A DNA stretch of 64,000 nt. It comes from Candidatus Sericytochromatia bacterium (GTDB lineage: Bacteria > Cyanobacteriota > Sericytochromatia > S15B-MN24 > UBA4093). The stretch spans positions 21,798-85,797 of the forward strand of contig JAKFBU010000019.1 of assembly GCA_036676985.1 (NCBI GenBank), given 5' to 3'. The translations under genes and the position numbers were made by a program. Shown here one piece after another: positions 29,921-39,291 of the stretch (its first letter is position 1; each line of letters opens with the position of its first letter). Under the pieces are notes generated by a model that saw only the letters and a program-made list of their open reading frames with translations, did no database searches and was not told where the DNA came from.

Positions 29921-31222
29921 TCAGGCCTCTTCCTTGATCCCCTCGGACTCGGGCGGCCCTTCGGCCTCGGTCTCGACGGCGTACTCGATGAGCACCTGCT
30001 GGACGCGGATCCCCTTGACGGCCTTGACCGTGATGCGGGCGCCGGGCACCTCGACCACGTCGCCGACCCTGGCCACCCGGCCCAGCTTGTTGATGACCAG
30101 GCCGCCCACCGTCTGGTAGCCGTCCATGGGCAGCTCGATGCCGAGCGTCTCATTGATGTCCTCGATGTTGGCCATGGAATCGACCATGGCCACACCGGGC
30201 GACACCGGGCGGATGGGGGCGAGCTCCTCGTCGGACTCGTCGCGGATCTCGCCGACGATCTGCTCGAGGATGTCCTCGATGGTGACGAGCCCTGCGGTGC
30301 CGCCGTACTCGTCGTTGACGATGGCCACCTGGATCTCCTGGGCCTGCATCTCGCGCAGGAGCTCGTTGAGGCGCTTGTTCTCGGGCACGAAGTAGACCGG
30401 ATGCAGGCGCTCGGCGAGGTTGAAGGGCTTGCCGCGCGCCGCCGCCATGAGCGCGTCGCGCCCCGAGACGATGCCCACGATGTCGTCGATGCTCTCCCGG
30501 TAGACGGGCATGCGCGAGTAGCCCTCCTCGGCGATGACGTCCAGGAGCTCGTCCAGCGTCGAGTCCTCGCTGACGGCCACGATGTCCACGCGCGGCGTGA
30601 GCACCGCGCTCACGGGCGTGTCGTCGAAGGCCAGGGCGGACGACACCAGTTCGGACTCGTCCTCCTCGATGACGCCCTGCTCCTGACCCATCTCGAGGAT
30701 CATGCGCAGCTCGTCCTCGGTGTAGCGCGGCGAAGCCAGGGCCTCTTGGGCGCCCAACAGGCGGATGAGAGGCGTCGTCATCCAGAGGATGGCCCCGATG
30801 ACGGGGCGAAGGAGGACCATGGTCGCCCGCAGGGGGGCGGCCACGAGGGCGGCCACCTGCTCCGGGCGGGCGGCAGCGATGGACTTGGGGACGATCTCGC
30901 CCAGGATGACGAGCAGGAGGGTCAGGCTCGCGATGGCGGTCACGGCCGCCACCCCCCCGAACCGGTCCAGGTTCTGGTAGACGATGCTCGTGCCGCAGAC
31001 GCCCACCGTGACCATGGCGAGCGTGTTGCCCAGCAGGATCGTCGAGAAGAGCCGGCGCGGCTTCTGGATCAGAGCGTGGATCAGGCGCGCGGCGGGCTCG
31101 CCGGTTTCAAGCTGCGCATGAAGCTTGGCGCGGTTGAGGGACATCAGGGCCGTCTCGGCCGCCGAGAACAGGGCGGAGAAGACCAGGGCCAAAACGAGGA
31201 TGAACCCCTCGGTACTAGGCAA
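29921..31222 (-). CDS. CNNM/CorC-type 'hemolysin family' protein (DUF21-CBS-CorC); start uncertain (TTG 31222 or ATT 31228)
   Basis: SALFSAAETAL, GEIVPKS, TPRVDIV, YSRMPVY, DEYGGTAGLVTIEDILEQIVGEI. Confidence 0.92.
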   Translation of the reverse strand: MPSTEGFILVLALVFSALFSAAETALMSLNRAKLHAQLETGEPAARLIHALIQKPRRLFSTILLGNTLAMVTVGVCGTSIVYQNLDRFGGVAAVTAIASLTLLLVILGEIVPKSIAAARPEQVAALVAAPLRATMVLLRPVIGAILWMTTPLIRLLGAQEALASPRYTEDELRMILEMGQEQGVIEEDESELVSSALAFDDTPVSAVLTPRVDIVAVSEDSTLDELLDVIAEEGYSRMPVYRESIDDIVGIVSGRDALMAAARGKPFNLAERLHPVYFVPENKRLNELLREMQAQEIQVAIVNDEYGGTAGLVTIEDILEQIVGEIRDESDEELAPIRPVSPGVAMVDSMANIEDINETLGIELPMDGYQTVGGLVINKLGRVARVGDVVEVPGARITVKAVKGIRVQQVLIEYAVETEAEGPPESEGIKEEA

Positions 31223-31412
31223 GATAATAGAGAATCCCCTCCTTTGACCGGGGCAAGTTGCGGTCCGATCGATGGCACGTATTATAGCACGCTCCTCAAG
31301 GCACCCCTGGCGGCTTGCAACGCGGGTTAAGGTCACGGCAAAATAGAGGAAAGTTCTGGCCCTAACAGTCCGATAACCATGACGTCGTCGTCGCCGTGTG
31401 AGGTGGGATCCA

Positions 31413-32921
31413 ATGAAGCGTCGCCCCTTCGCCCTTAGCCTGCTGCTGGCAAGCCTCCTGACCGCCTGCAGCCTGCCCGGTCAAGCCTCCAAGTCCGCCG
31501 AGAATCCCGCCGTCACGGCCGAGGGCCGGCGCGCGAGCCTCAAGTCCTGGCAGGACGATGTGATCTACTTCGCCTTGCTCGATCGCTTCCAGGACGGCGA
31601 TCGCTCCAACAACCACAACGTCAACCGCAGCAACCCGACGGCCTACCATGGCGGCGACCTCCAGGGCCTCATCGACAAGCTCGACTACCTCCAGGATCTC
31701 GGCGTCACGACCCTCTGGATCTCCCCGATCCTCGACAACGACGACAATCGGCTGGGCGACACCGACCTGTGGGGCTACCACGGCTACTGGACCAAGGACT
31801 TCGGCAAGGTCGACGAGCACCTGGGCACCTACGAGAAGGCCCGCGAGCTGGTCACCAAGGCCCATGCCAAAGGCATGAAGGTGCTCCTGGACGTGGTCTG
31901 CAACCATGCGGGCTACGAGTTCCCGTCCAAGGACGGGCGTTACCAGGGCTGGTTCCACACCAACGGCAACATTCCGAACGGCAAGTGGGACGATCCGTGG
32001 TGGAGCGAGAACGGCTCCCTGTTCGGCCTGCCCGACTTCGCGCAGGAGAAGCCCGAGGTGGCGAACTTCCTGACGAGCACCTACCTGAGCTGGGCCGATC
32101 GGCTCGACCTGGACGGCTTCCGGATCGACGCCCTCAAGCACGTTCCGCAGAGCTACTGGAAGGACCTCATCGCGACGGCCCATGCCAAGAAGGGCCCGGG
32201 CTTCCTGACCCTCGGCGAGATCCTGCACGGCGACCCGAACGTGGTGTCGAGCTATCAGCGCAACGCGAAGTTCGACAGCCTCTTCGACTTCCCGCTCTAT
32301 TACACCTTCGACGAGGTCTTCGCCAAGGGCGGCTCCATGCGCAAGCTGGGCGATCGCTTCGCCCAGGACCACCTCTACCCGGACGCGAGCATGCTCTCGC
32401 CCTTCCTGGACAACCACGACGTGCCGCGCTTCCTTTCGCAGGCGGGCGGCGACCTCTCCAAGCTCCGGCTCGCCCTGGCGTGCATGCTGACGGTGCGCGG
32501 CATCCCCATGCTCTACTACGGCACCGAGGTGGGCATGTCGGGCGCGCATGAGCCTGCCAACCGGGGCGACATGGCCTGGGGCGCCAACGAGTCCCTGCGG
32601 GCCTACACCCAGAAGCTGCTTTCGATCCGCAAGGCCACGCCCGCCCTGCAGCACGGCAAGCAGCTGGAGATGTGGCAGGACGAGGACGTCTACGCCTACG
32701 CCCGCCAGGCCTCGAGTGAGGAGGCCGTGGTGGTGCTCAACAACGACACCCGCGCCCAGAGCCGCACCATCCCCATGCGGGCCGAGAGCCAGCTCAAGGA
32801 CGGCACGCGGCTGGTGGATCAGCTGACGGGCGAGGCCGTGACGGTCTCGGGCCGCAAGATCCAGGTCTCGATGAGCGGGAAGCAGGCGCGGATCTTCGTG
32901 CCGCAGGGTAGCCGGCGGTAA
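31413..32921 (+). CDS. GH13 alpha-amylase-family lipoprotein
   Basis: Lipobox LTA-C; GGDLQG, YHGYW, DVVCNH, DGFRIDALKH, FLDNHD, YYGTE. Confidence 0.9.
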   Translation: MKRRPFALSLLLASLLTACSLPGQASKSAENPAVTAEGRRASLKSWQDDVIYFALLDRFQDGDRSNNHNVNRSNPTAYHGGDLQGLIDKLDYLQDLGVTTLWISPILDNDDNRLGDTDLWGYHGYWTKDFGKVDEHLGTYEKARELVTKAHAKGMKVLLDVVCNHAGYEFPSKDGRYQGWFHTNGNIPNGKWDDPWWSENGSLFGLPDFAQEKPEVANFLTSTYLSWADRLDLDGFRIDALKHVPQSYWKDLIATAHAKKGPGFLTLGEILHGDPNVVSSYQRNAKFDSLFDFPLYYTFDEVFAKGGSMRKLGDRFAQDHLYPDASMLSPFLDNHDVPRFLSQAGGDLSKLRLALACMLTVRGIPMLYYGTEVGMSGAHEPANRGDMAWGANESLRAYTQKLLSIRKATPALQHGKQLEMWQDEDVYAYARQASSEEAVVVLNNDTRAQSRTIPMRAESQLKDGTRLVDQLTGEAVTVSGRKIQVSMSGKQARIFVPQGSRR

Positions 32922-32926
32922 GGAAC

Positions 32927-33073
32927 AAGGAGAACCCCCCCTAGCCCCCCCTCTAGAGGGGGGGAAGCTCTTGGGAGGGGTCGCTTCACCCATGAACCAG
33001 TGGAGCCATCTCGCTCTCACCCACCCATGATCCTCACACCCCCCTCTAGAGGGGGGCTGGGGGGGTCCTCCTT
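32927..33073. repeat. Inverted repeat element with palindromic CCCCCCTCTAGAGGGGGG arms
   Basis: Left arm AAGGAGAACCCCCCCTAGCCCCCCCTCTAGAGGGGGGG; right arm CCCCCCTCTAGAGGGGGGCTGGGGGGGTCCTCCTT is its near reverse complement. Confidence 0.75.
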
Positions 33074-33130
33074 AGAAAAAACCCCACAAAAAATCCCCCG
33101 GTTTCCCGGGGGAAGCGAAAAGCCTCGAGC

Positions 33131-34000
33131 CTAGTAGGTAAGCGCCGCCTCGGCGGCATTGAACTGCTGGCCTCCGCCCGCCGTCACGTCGCGCATGGCC
33201 GTCCTGGTGCCCAGGTCCAGCAGCTTGCGGGCCTCGGGCCAGAGCTTCTTGCTGCCCAGCAACACCACCGTGACCGGGTTGGTCGACTGGGTCTGCCCGA
33301 CGTAGCAGTGTCGTGCCGCCAGGGTGTAGCCCGTCTTGCCGAGCACCGGGTAGGCGTACTGCGTGAGCAACCGGTTCTTGTTGTGGAGCTTGACGGTCGG
33401 ATGCTGCCCCGGAGCCTCGAGCGTGATGTCGGTCGTGGTCGCAATCCGCGTGAAGACCGGGTTCTGCAGGGCCGCGTTGAGGATGATGGCCAGGTCCTTG
33501 GCCGTCGTGTAGTGGTTCTTGATGGGCAGGCCGTTGGAGTTGGCGAAGCGCGAGTCCCGCGCGCCCAACAACCTAGCCTTGCGGTTCATCAGGACGGCGA
33601 ACTTGCTCTCCGAGCCCGCGATGTGCTCGGCCAGGGCCACGCAGGCGTCGTTGGCGCTCTTGAGCAGGGCCGCGTAGCACAGCTCGCGGACGGTGTAGGT
33701 CTCGCCTGGCTTGATGCCGATCTTGGAGGGCTCCGCGTTGGCGGCCCGCCGCGACACCTTCACCTCCTCGTCGAGGTTGGCATGCTCCAGGGCCACGAGC
33801 ACCGTGAGCACCTTGGTGGTGCTCGCCGGAGGCAGCTTGGCGTTGGGGTTGCGCTGGTAAAGGACGTGCCCCTGCGCGTCGATCACCAGGGCCGAGCGAG
33901 CGGAGAGCTCCGTGCTCGCGTGCGCAGGCGACAACCAAGCGGTCAGGGCGATAGCACTGGCAAGCAAGACTACTCCGAAGCCTACTCCATGTCGCGCCAT
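33131..34000 (-). CDS. D-alanyl-D-alanine carboxypeptidase (peptidase S11)
   Basis: Signal peptide; PASTTK (SxxK), KSANDA (SxN), GKTGYT. ATG 34000 with SD AGGAGG. Confidence 0.92.
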   Translation of the reverse strand: MARHGVGFGVVLLASAIALTAWLSPAHASTELSARSALVIDAQGHVLYQRNPNAKLPPASTTKVLTVLVALEHANLDEEVKVSRRAANAEPSKIGIKPGETYTVRELCYAALLKSANDACVALAEHIAGSESKFAVLMNRKARLLGARDSRFANSNGLPIKNHYTTAKDLAIILNAALQNPVFTRIATTTDITLEAPGQHPTVKLHNKNRLLTQYAYPVLGKTGYTLAARHCYVGQTQSTNPVTVVLLGSKKLWPEARKLLDLGTRTAMRDVTAGGGQQFNAAEAALTY

Positions 34001-34238
34001 CGAAGCCTCCTGTCGTACGAACTCACGGTGTACTATACCCAGCGGGCAAGCCGTTTGATAGGACATTTTGCACAATAAAAAACGCAACAATCGTGTAATA
34101 TTGCCGCTTTGCGCCCGGTCACGCTTGACAAACAGGAGGGCACCCCGTAGGGTGAGCACGGCTTCGCCCTCCCGCCCCACCCCGGATCTCCATGGCCCCG
34201 CCCCCGCCACGCGGGAGGCGACTCGCGAAAGGATCCCC

Positions 34239-35114
34239 ATGGCCCAGCCGATCGCCATGCCGGAGGCCTCCCGCCCCGCTTCCGACCCCACCCAGCGCCG
34301 CGGACGCCTCGGTCTCTCCGTTTTGGCCGCGGGCGGCGTGATCGCGACCTTCGTGCTGGCGGCCCTCCTGGCCCCGCGCCTCTGGCCCGTGGACCCCCTG
34401 GCGCTCCTGCCGGACGGCCTCACCGAGTTCGGCATGCCCCTCGCGCCCACCTGGAGCCACCCCATGGGCACCGACGAGCTCGGGCGCGACGTCTTCGCCC
34501 GCTGGCTGCACGGCGCCCGCATCTCCCTGTGGGTCGGCTTTCTGGCCACGGCCCTCGCGGGCCTCATCGGGGGTGCGGTGGGCATCCTCTCCGGCTACTT
34601 CCGCGGCTGGGTGGACCTCGCCCTCATGCGCGTGACCGAGATCGTCATGGCCTTTCCCACCCTGTTGCTCGCGATCGCCCTCGCCGCCGTCCTGCCCCCG
34701 TCCCCCTGGATGGTGGTCCTGACGCTCGGCCTGGTGGGCTGGACCGCGGTGGCGCGCGTGGTGCGCGGGGCCGCCCTCGCCCTTTCCGAGCAGGAGTTCA
34801 TCGCGGCCTCCCAGTCCACGGGCGCCGGCGCCCTCTGGATCCTCACGCGGCACGTGCTGCCCAACGTCGCCCCCACCCTCATGTCCCTGTTGGTGCTCAA
34901 GCTCGCGGACATGTTCCTCCTGGAGGCGGCCCTCAGCTTCCTCGGCCTGGGCGTCCGTCCTCCCACGCCCAGCTGGGGCAACATGATTCACGAAGGCCAG
35001 CTCTACTTCCGCGACGCTCCCTGGCTCATGCTGACGCCGGGGATCGCGATCGCCCTGGTCGTGCTCGCCGCCAACGTGCTCGGCGATCGCTGGACCCAGC
35101 GCCAGAGACGGTAG
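34239..35114 (+). CDS. Peptide/nickel ABC permease (OppC/DppC)
   Basis: HPMGTDELGRDVFARW, EFIAAS..GA, RHVLPN, EAALSFLGLG..PTPSWGNMI. Confidence 0.92.
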   Translation: MAQPIAMPEASRPASDPTQRRGRLGLSVLAAGGVIATFVLAALLAPRLWPVDPLALLPDGLTEFGMPLAPTWSHPMGTDELGRDVFARWLHGARISLWVGFLATALAGLIGGAVGILSGYFRGWVDLALMRVTEIVMAFPTLLLAIALAAVLPPSPWMVVLTLGLVGWTAVARVVRGAALALSEQEFIAASQSTGAGALWILTRHVLPNVAPTLMSLLVLKLADMFLLEAALSFLGLGVRPPTPSWGNMIHEGQLYFRDAPWLMLTPGIAIALVVLAANVLGDRWTQRQRR

Positions 35115-35157
35115 CCAGATCGGTTTCACCCGTCACGCACCGCGGTAGGGAGGGACC

Positions 35158-35706
35158 ATGAACCTCGCACTCGAAGCCTACACCGAACGCACCGTCAGCC
35201 TGCCGGCGCCGCCCGACGACGTGGCCCGCTACTTTGCGCAGAACGAGAGCCTCCTGGCCGAACTCATCGGCCCGGAGCACGTCACGGCCCTGGGCGGTGG
35301 CCGCTACCGGGTCGCGACCCGCGGCTTCTCGGCCCTGGGGCTCACGGTGACGCCCGCCTTCGAGGTGGAGTTCGTGGATCACCCCGGCGTCACGCACATG
35401 GCCTCGAAGGAATGCCACCTGCTCGAGTCGAGCGCCATGGACCTGGACCTCGAGGCCCGCTTCGAGGGCGAGGCCCAGTTCCACCCCGCGCCGGACGGCA
35501 CCTCCCTGTTCTGCTGGACCCACGCCCATGCCCGCGTGACGGTGCCGGGCTTCCTGCGCTGGATGCCCAAGGCCGCGGTCCAAGGCGCCCTCCAGGCCCT
35601 CATGAAAGGGGCCATGGACGCCACCAGCAGCCGCTTCGTCCCCTTGATCCAGAAGGACTTCGAGCGCTGGCGCGCCGCGCAACCCAAGAGCGGCCTTGCC
35701 TTGTGA
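35158..35706 (+). CDS. DUF1997-like / SRPBCC-fold protein
   Basis: SD GGAGGG; C-terminal VPGFLRWMP...LIQKDFERW resembles DUF1997. Family recalled, not searched. Confidence 0.55.
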   Translation: MNLALEAYTERTVSLPAPPDDVARYFAQNESLLAELIGPEHVTALGGGRYRVATRGFSALGLTVTPAFEVEFVDHPGVTHMASKECHLLESSAMDLDLEARFEGEAQFHPAPDGTSLFCWTHAHARVTVPGFLRWMPKAAVQGALQALMKGAMDATSSRFVPLIQKDFERWRAAQPKSGLAL

Positions 35707-35760
35707 GCGATAAGGCGAGATGCTAGCATCAGAGGGCCTGCTCCCCTTTGAAAGCCCGCG

Positions 35761-37332
35761 ATGAAGAAGCACCCTCTCGCCCTGATGCTGGCGGCCTGGC
35801 TCATCCTCGCCCCGGCCGCCCATGCCAAGCCCCAGGTCCTGCGCCTGGGCCTGCAGGACAACCCGAGCACCCTGGATCCGGCCCTCGCCTCCAACGTGCC
35901 GGCCATCGGCGTGAGCCACTGGCTCTACAACGGGCTTGTCACCTTCGACGCCCAGGCGCGGATCGTGCCCGATCTCGCCGAGCGCTACGTCGTGAGCCCG
36001 GACGGCAAGCGCTACACCTTCACCCTGCGGCGCGGCGTGCGCTTCCACGACGGCAAGGCCCTCACCTCGGCGGACGTCCGCTACTCGCTCAACCGCCTGC
36101 TCTTGCCCGAAACCAAGTCCCCGGGTGCCAGCTTCTACCGCGCCATCGTGGGCGCGCCGGCGGCCCTCGACGGCAAGGCCAAGTCGGTCGCGGGCATCCA
36201 GGCCCCCGACGCCCGCACGGTCGTCATCGCGCTCACCGAGGCGCAGCCCACCTTCCTGCAGGTCCTGGGCCTCAACTACGCGGCCATCGTGCCCCAGGGC
36301 GCGGGCGAGCGCGAAGGCTTCGCCAAGGCCCCCGTCGGCACCGGCCCCTTCCGCCTCAAGGAGTACACGAGCGGCCAGCGGCTCGTCTTCGAGCGCAACC
36401 CGCACTACTTCAAGGCCGGCCTGCCGAAGCTCGCCGCGGTCGAGGTACAGCTCGGCCTCAACGAGCAGGTCGAGGCCCTGCGCTTCGAGCGCGGTGACCT
36501 GGACGCCATCGGCCTGTTGCGAGCCATCGGGGCGGCGGACTTCGCGCGGCTCGCGAGCAACCCCGAGTGGCGGCAGCGCTTCCTCACCAAGCCCGACCAT
36601 GCCACCTACTACGTGGGCATGAACAACCGCATCAAGCCCTTCGACGACGCGCGCGTCCGCCGGGCCGTCTCCATGGCCATCGACAAGCGCCGGCTGGTCA
36701 AGCTCGTCAACGGCCGGGGCGTGCCCGCCCTGGGCTTCCTGCCCCCGACCCTGCCGGGCGCCAACCCCCAGGTACAGGGCAATCCCTACGACCCCGCGCG
36801 CGCCAAGGCCCTCTTGGCCGAGGCGGGCTATCCGCACGGGTTCCAGACCACCTACTGGTGCTCCAACTCCCAGACGGCCATGAAGATCGCCCAGTCCATC
36901 CAGTACGACCTGTCGCGGATCGGCATCCAGGCGACGCTGCGGCCCCTGGCCTTCCCCATGTTCCTCGCGGCGGTGGGCCGTGAGGGCAACGTCCCCATCT
37001 TCACGGGCAACTGGAGCCAGGACTTCCCGGATCCGGCGAACTTCCTGGGCACCATCTTCTCGAGCCGGGCCATCCGCAGCGTCAACTCGCTCGACACCAC
37101 CTTCTTCTCGGACGCCACGGTGGACCGCCTCCTGGACGCGGCAGCAGGCACCATGCACGAGCCCACGCGCTTCGACCTCTACCGCAAGGTCGAGCACCGC
37201 GTGCTCGCGCTCTCTCCGGTGGCCCCCCTCTTCCATCCCAAGCGCTTCGCGCTCGCCCAGCCTGGCGTCAAGGGGCTCGAGCTGCACCCGGTCTGGCCCG
37301 TGGACGCCGAGCGCATCGAGGTGACCCGATGA
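35761..37332 (+). CDS. Family-5 ABC substrate-binding protein (OppA/DppA)
   Basis: PSTLDP, PDLAE..SPDGKRYTFTLRRGVRFHDG, GTGPF, PFDDARVRRA, YDPARAKALLAEAG. Confidence 0.93.
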   Translation: MKKHPLALMLAAWLILAPAAHAKPQVLRLGLQDNPSTLDPALASNVPAIGVSHWLYNGLVTFDAQARIVPDLAERYVVSPDGKRYTFTLRRGVRFHDGKALTSADVRYSLNRLLLPETKSPGASFYRAIVGAPAALDGKAKSVAGIQAPDARTVVIALTEAQPTFLQVLGLNYAAIVPQGAGEREGFAKAPVGTGPFRLKEYTSGQRLVFERNPHYFKAGLPKLAAVEVQLGLNEQVEALRFERGDLDAIGLLRAIGAADFARLASNPEWRQRFLTKPDHATYYVGMNNRIKPFDDARVRRAVSMAIDKRRLVKLVNGRGVPALGFLPPTLPGANPQVQGNPYDPARAKALLAEAGYPHGFQTTYWCSNSQTAMKIAQSIQYDLSRIGIQATLRPLAFPMFLAAVGREGNVPIFTGNWSQDFPDPANFLGTIFSSRAIRSVNSLDTTFFSDATVDRLLDAAAGTMHEPTRFDLYRKVEHRVLALSPVAPLFHPKRFALAQPGVKGLELHPVWPVDAERIEVTR

Positions 37333-38246
37333 ACGGCCTGATCCGACGACTGCTCCTCGCGGTGGGCGTGTGGCTCGGGGTCGCGACCCTGACCTTCGGC
37401 CTCATGTACCTGGTGCCCGCCGACCCGGCCCAGACCATGGCGGGCGCCCAGGCGGATCCCGCGACGGTGGCGAGCATCCGCGCCCAGCTCGGGCTCGACG
37501 ACCCCATGCTCGTGCAGTACGGTCGCTACCTGGGCGGCATCCTGCACGGCGACTTCGGGCACTCCTTCGTCACGGGCGACGCCGTGCTGCCCACCATCCT
37601 CTCGCGCCTGCCCGCGACGTTGCTGTTGGCCTTCGGGGCCATGGTCGTCTACCTGCTCCTGGGCGTCTCCTTCGGCATCATCGGGGGCCTCAAGCCCGGG
37701 TCCGCGGCCGACCGGGTCGGCATCCTCATCGCCGTGGGCGGCGTCTCCGTGCCCACCTTCTGGCTCGGGCTCGTCCTGCTCTACCTCTTCGCCTACCAGA
37801 CGCCCCTGTTGCCGCTCGGCGGCTACGGCACCCTCTGGCACCTCATCCTGCCGGCGCTGACGCTCGGCATCGGCGGGGCCGCCTACTACGCGCGCCTGTT
37901 GCGGGCGTCTCTGGCGGACGTCATGCGCAGCGACTACATCCGCACCGCACGGGCCAAGGGCCTCGGCGAGGCCCAGGTGGTCGCCCGGCATGCCCTCCGG
38001 AACGCCGCCCTGCCGGTGGTGACGCTCTTCGGCCTGGACTTCGCCCACCTGCTGGCGGGCGCGGTGCTCACGGAGAGCATCTTCGCGTGGCCCGGCATCG
38101 GCTCGAACGCCATGCAGGCGATCGCCACCCTGGACGTCCCGATGATCATGGGCACCGTCCTCTTCGCCGCGACGGCCATCGTCGTGGTCAACCTCTTGAT
38201 CGATCTGGCTTACGGCCTCCTCGATCCCCGGCTCCGCGGCGCCTAG
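37329..38246 (+). CDS. Peptide/nickel ABC permease (OppB/DppB)
   Basis: LGLDDP..QYGRYL..GDFGHS, DYIRTARAKGL, HALRNA, ESIFAWPGIG, LDPRLR. Confidence 0.93.
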   Translation: MNGLIRRLLLAVGVWLGVATLTFGLMYLVPADPAQTMAGAQADPATVASIRAQLGLDDPMLVQYGRYLGGILHGDFGHSFVTGDAVLPTILSRLPATLLLAFGAMVVYLLLGVSFGIIGGLKPGSAADRVGILIAVGGVSVPTFWLGLVLLYLFAYQTPLLPLGGYGTLWHLILPALTLGIGGAAYYARLLRASLADVMRSDYIRTARAKGLGEAQVVARHALRNAALPVVTLFGLDFAHLLAGAVLTESIFAWPGIGSNAMQAIATLDVPMIMGTVLFAATAIVVVNLLIDLAYGLLDPRLRGA

Positions 38247-38475
38247 GCCGTTCCCAGGCCGTTAACCATTCTTAAAGCAAGATCGGCGCAAGACCTTCCG
38301 ACAAAGCAGCCAGACGGAGGAACAGCCCTCCTGGTGTCAAATTTTGGCCCGGGGCTAGGCGCTTGTTCGCTTTGTGTGCTAACCTGTTAAGCAGGGGTAA
38401 ATTGGCACGTCCGTCCTGGACCCAACGAGGGGTCCAAATGCTGGCAACGGTCCTGTTGAAGCGGAGGATGCGCGG

Positions 38476-39219
38476 ATGGAAAAGGCGTTCAAGGGGGCTA
38501 CGCCTCAGCAAAAGGCCAAGATCGTCGAGGATTACCTCCCGCTGGTCAAGAAGATCGCTCGCGGTCTCGCCCGACGCAGCACGGACCCGGTCGAGGATCT
38601 GATCCAGGTGGGCTCCATCGGCCTCCTCGAGGCCATCGAGCGGTACGAGACCGGCCACAACACCGAGTTCAAGACCTACGCCGTCCACTTCATCACCGGT
38701 CACATCCGGCACTACCTGCGCGATCGCCAGAACCTCCTGCGCGGCCCGCGGGTCCTGCAGGAGCTGAGCTACCGCCTGAGCCAGGTCACGGCCAAGCTCA
38801 CGCAGGAGTTCGGTCGCGAGCCGACCAACCAGGAGCTCTCGAGCGCCCTCTCCGTCACTCCCGAGCAGGTGGACGAGGTCAAGCTCTACGACCGTCGCGT
38901 CACGGTGCTCTGGCTCGACCAGGAAGGCAACGACGGCGATGACGACGAGCAGCGCTCCCTCCTCGAGAGCCTCTCGGATCCGCGCTTCTCGGCCGACAGC
39001 CGGGATGAGATCGACGAGAAGCTGGTCCTCAGCGAGGCCATGGCCCGGCTGCCCCAGGCCCAGCGCGAGCTCCTCGAGATGCGCTACTTCCACGACCTGA
39101 CGCAGGCCGAGCTCTCGCGCCGCCTCGGCATCTCCCAGATGGAGGTCTGCCGCCGCCTCAAGAAGGCCGAGAAGCAGCTGAGGACGGTGCTCACCCCCAT
39201 CAACCGCACCAACGCCTAG
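38476..39219 (+). CDS. Alternative sigma factor, SigB/SigF/SigG family
   Basis: EDLIQVGSIGLLEAIERYE, FKTYA..ITGHIRHYLRD, GREPT..E, DLTQAELSRRLGISQMEVCR. Confidence 0.9.
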   Translation: MEKAFKGATPQQKAKIVEDYLPLVKKIARGLARRSTDPVEDLIQVGSIGLLEAIERYETGHNTEFKTYAVHFITGHIRHYLRDRQNLLRGPRVLQELSYRLSQVTAKLTQEFGREPTNQELSSALSVTPEQVDEVKLYDRRVTVLWLDQEGNDGDDDEQRSLLESLSDPRFSADSRDEIDEKLVLSEAMARLPQAQRELLEMRYFHDLTQAELSRRLGISQMEVCRRLKKAEKQLRTVLTPINRTNA

Positions 39220-39291
39220 CGCCTGCGGCCGAACCGTATTAGACTCGAGGGCCGGGGCAACCCGGCCCTCTTCCCTTCAGAAAGACCCGCC

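Noticed and set aside
34001-34238. Riboswitch in the AT-rich region between the DD-carboxypeptidase and the ABC permease
   Set aside because: No recognisable aptamer or terminator; it reads as divergent promoters.
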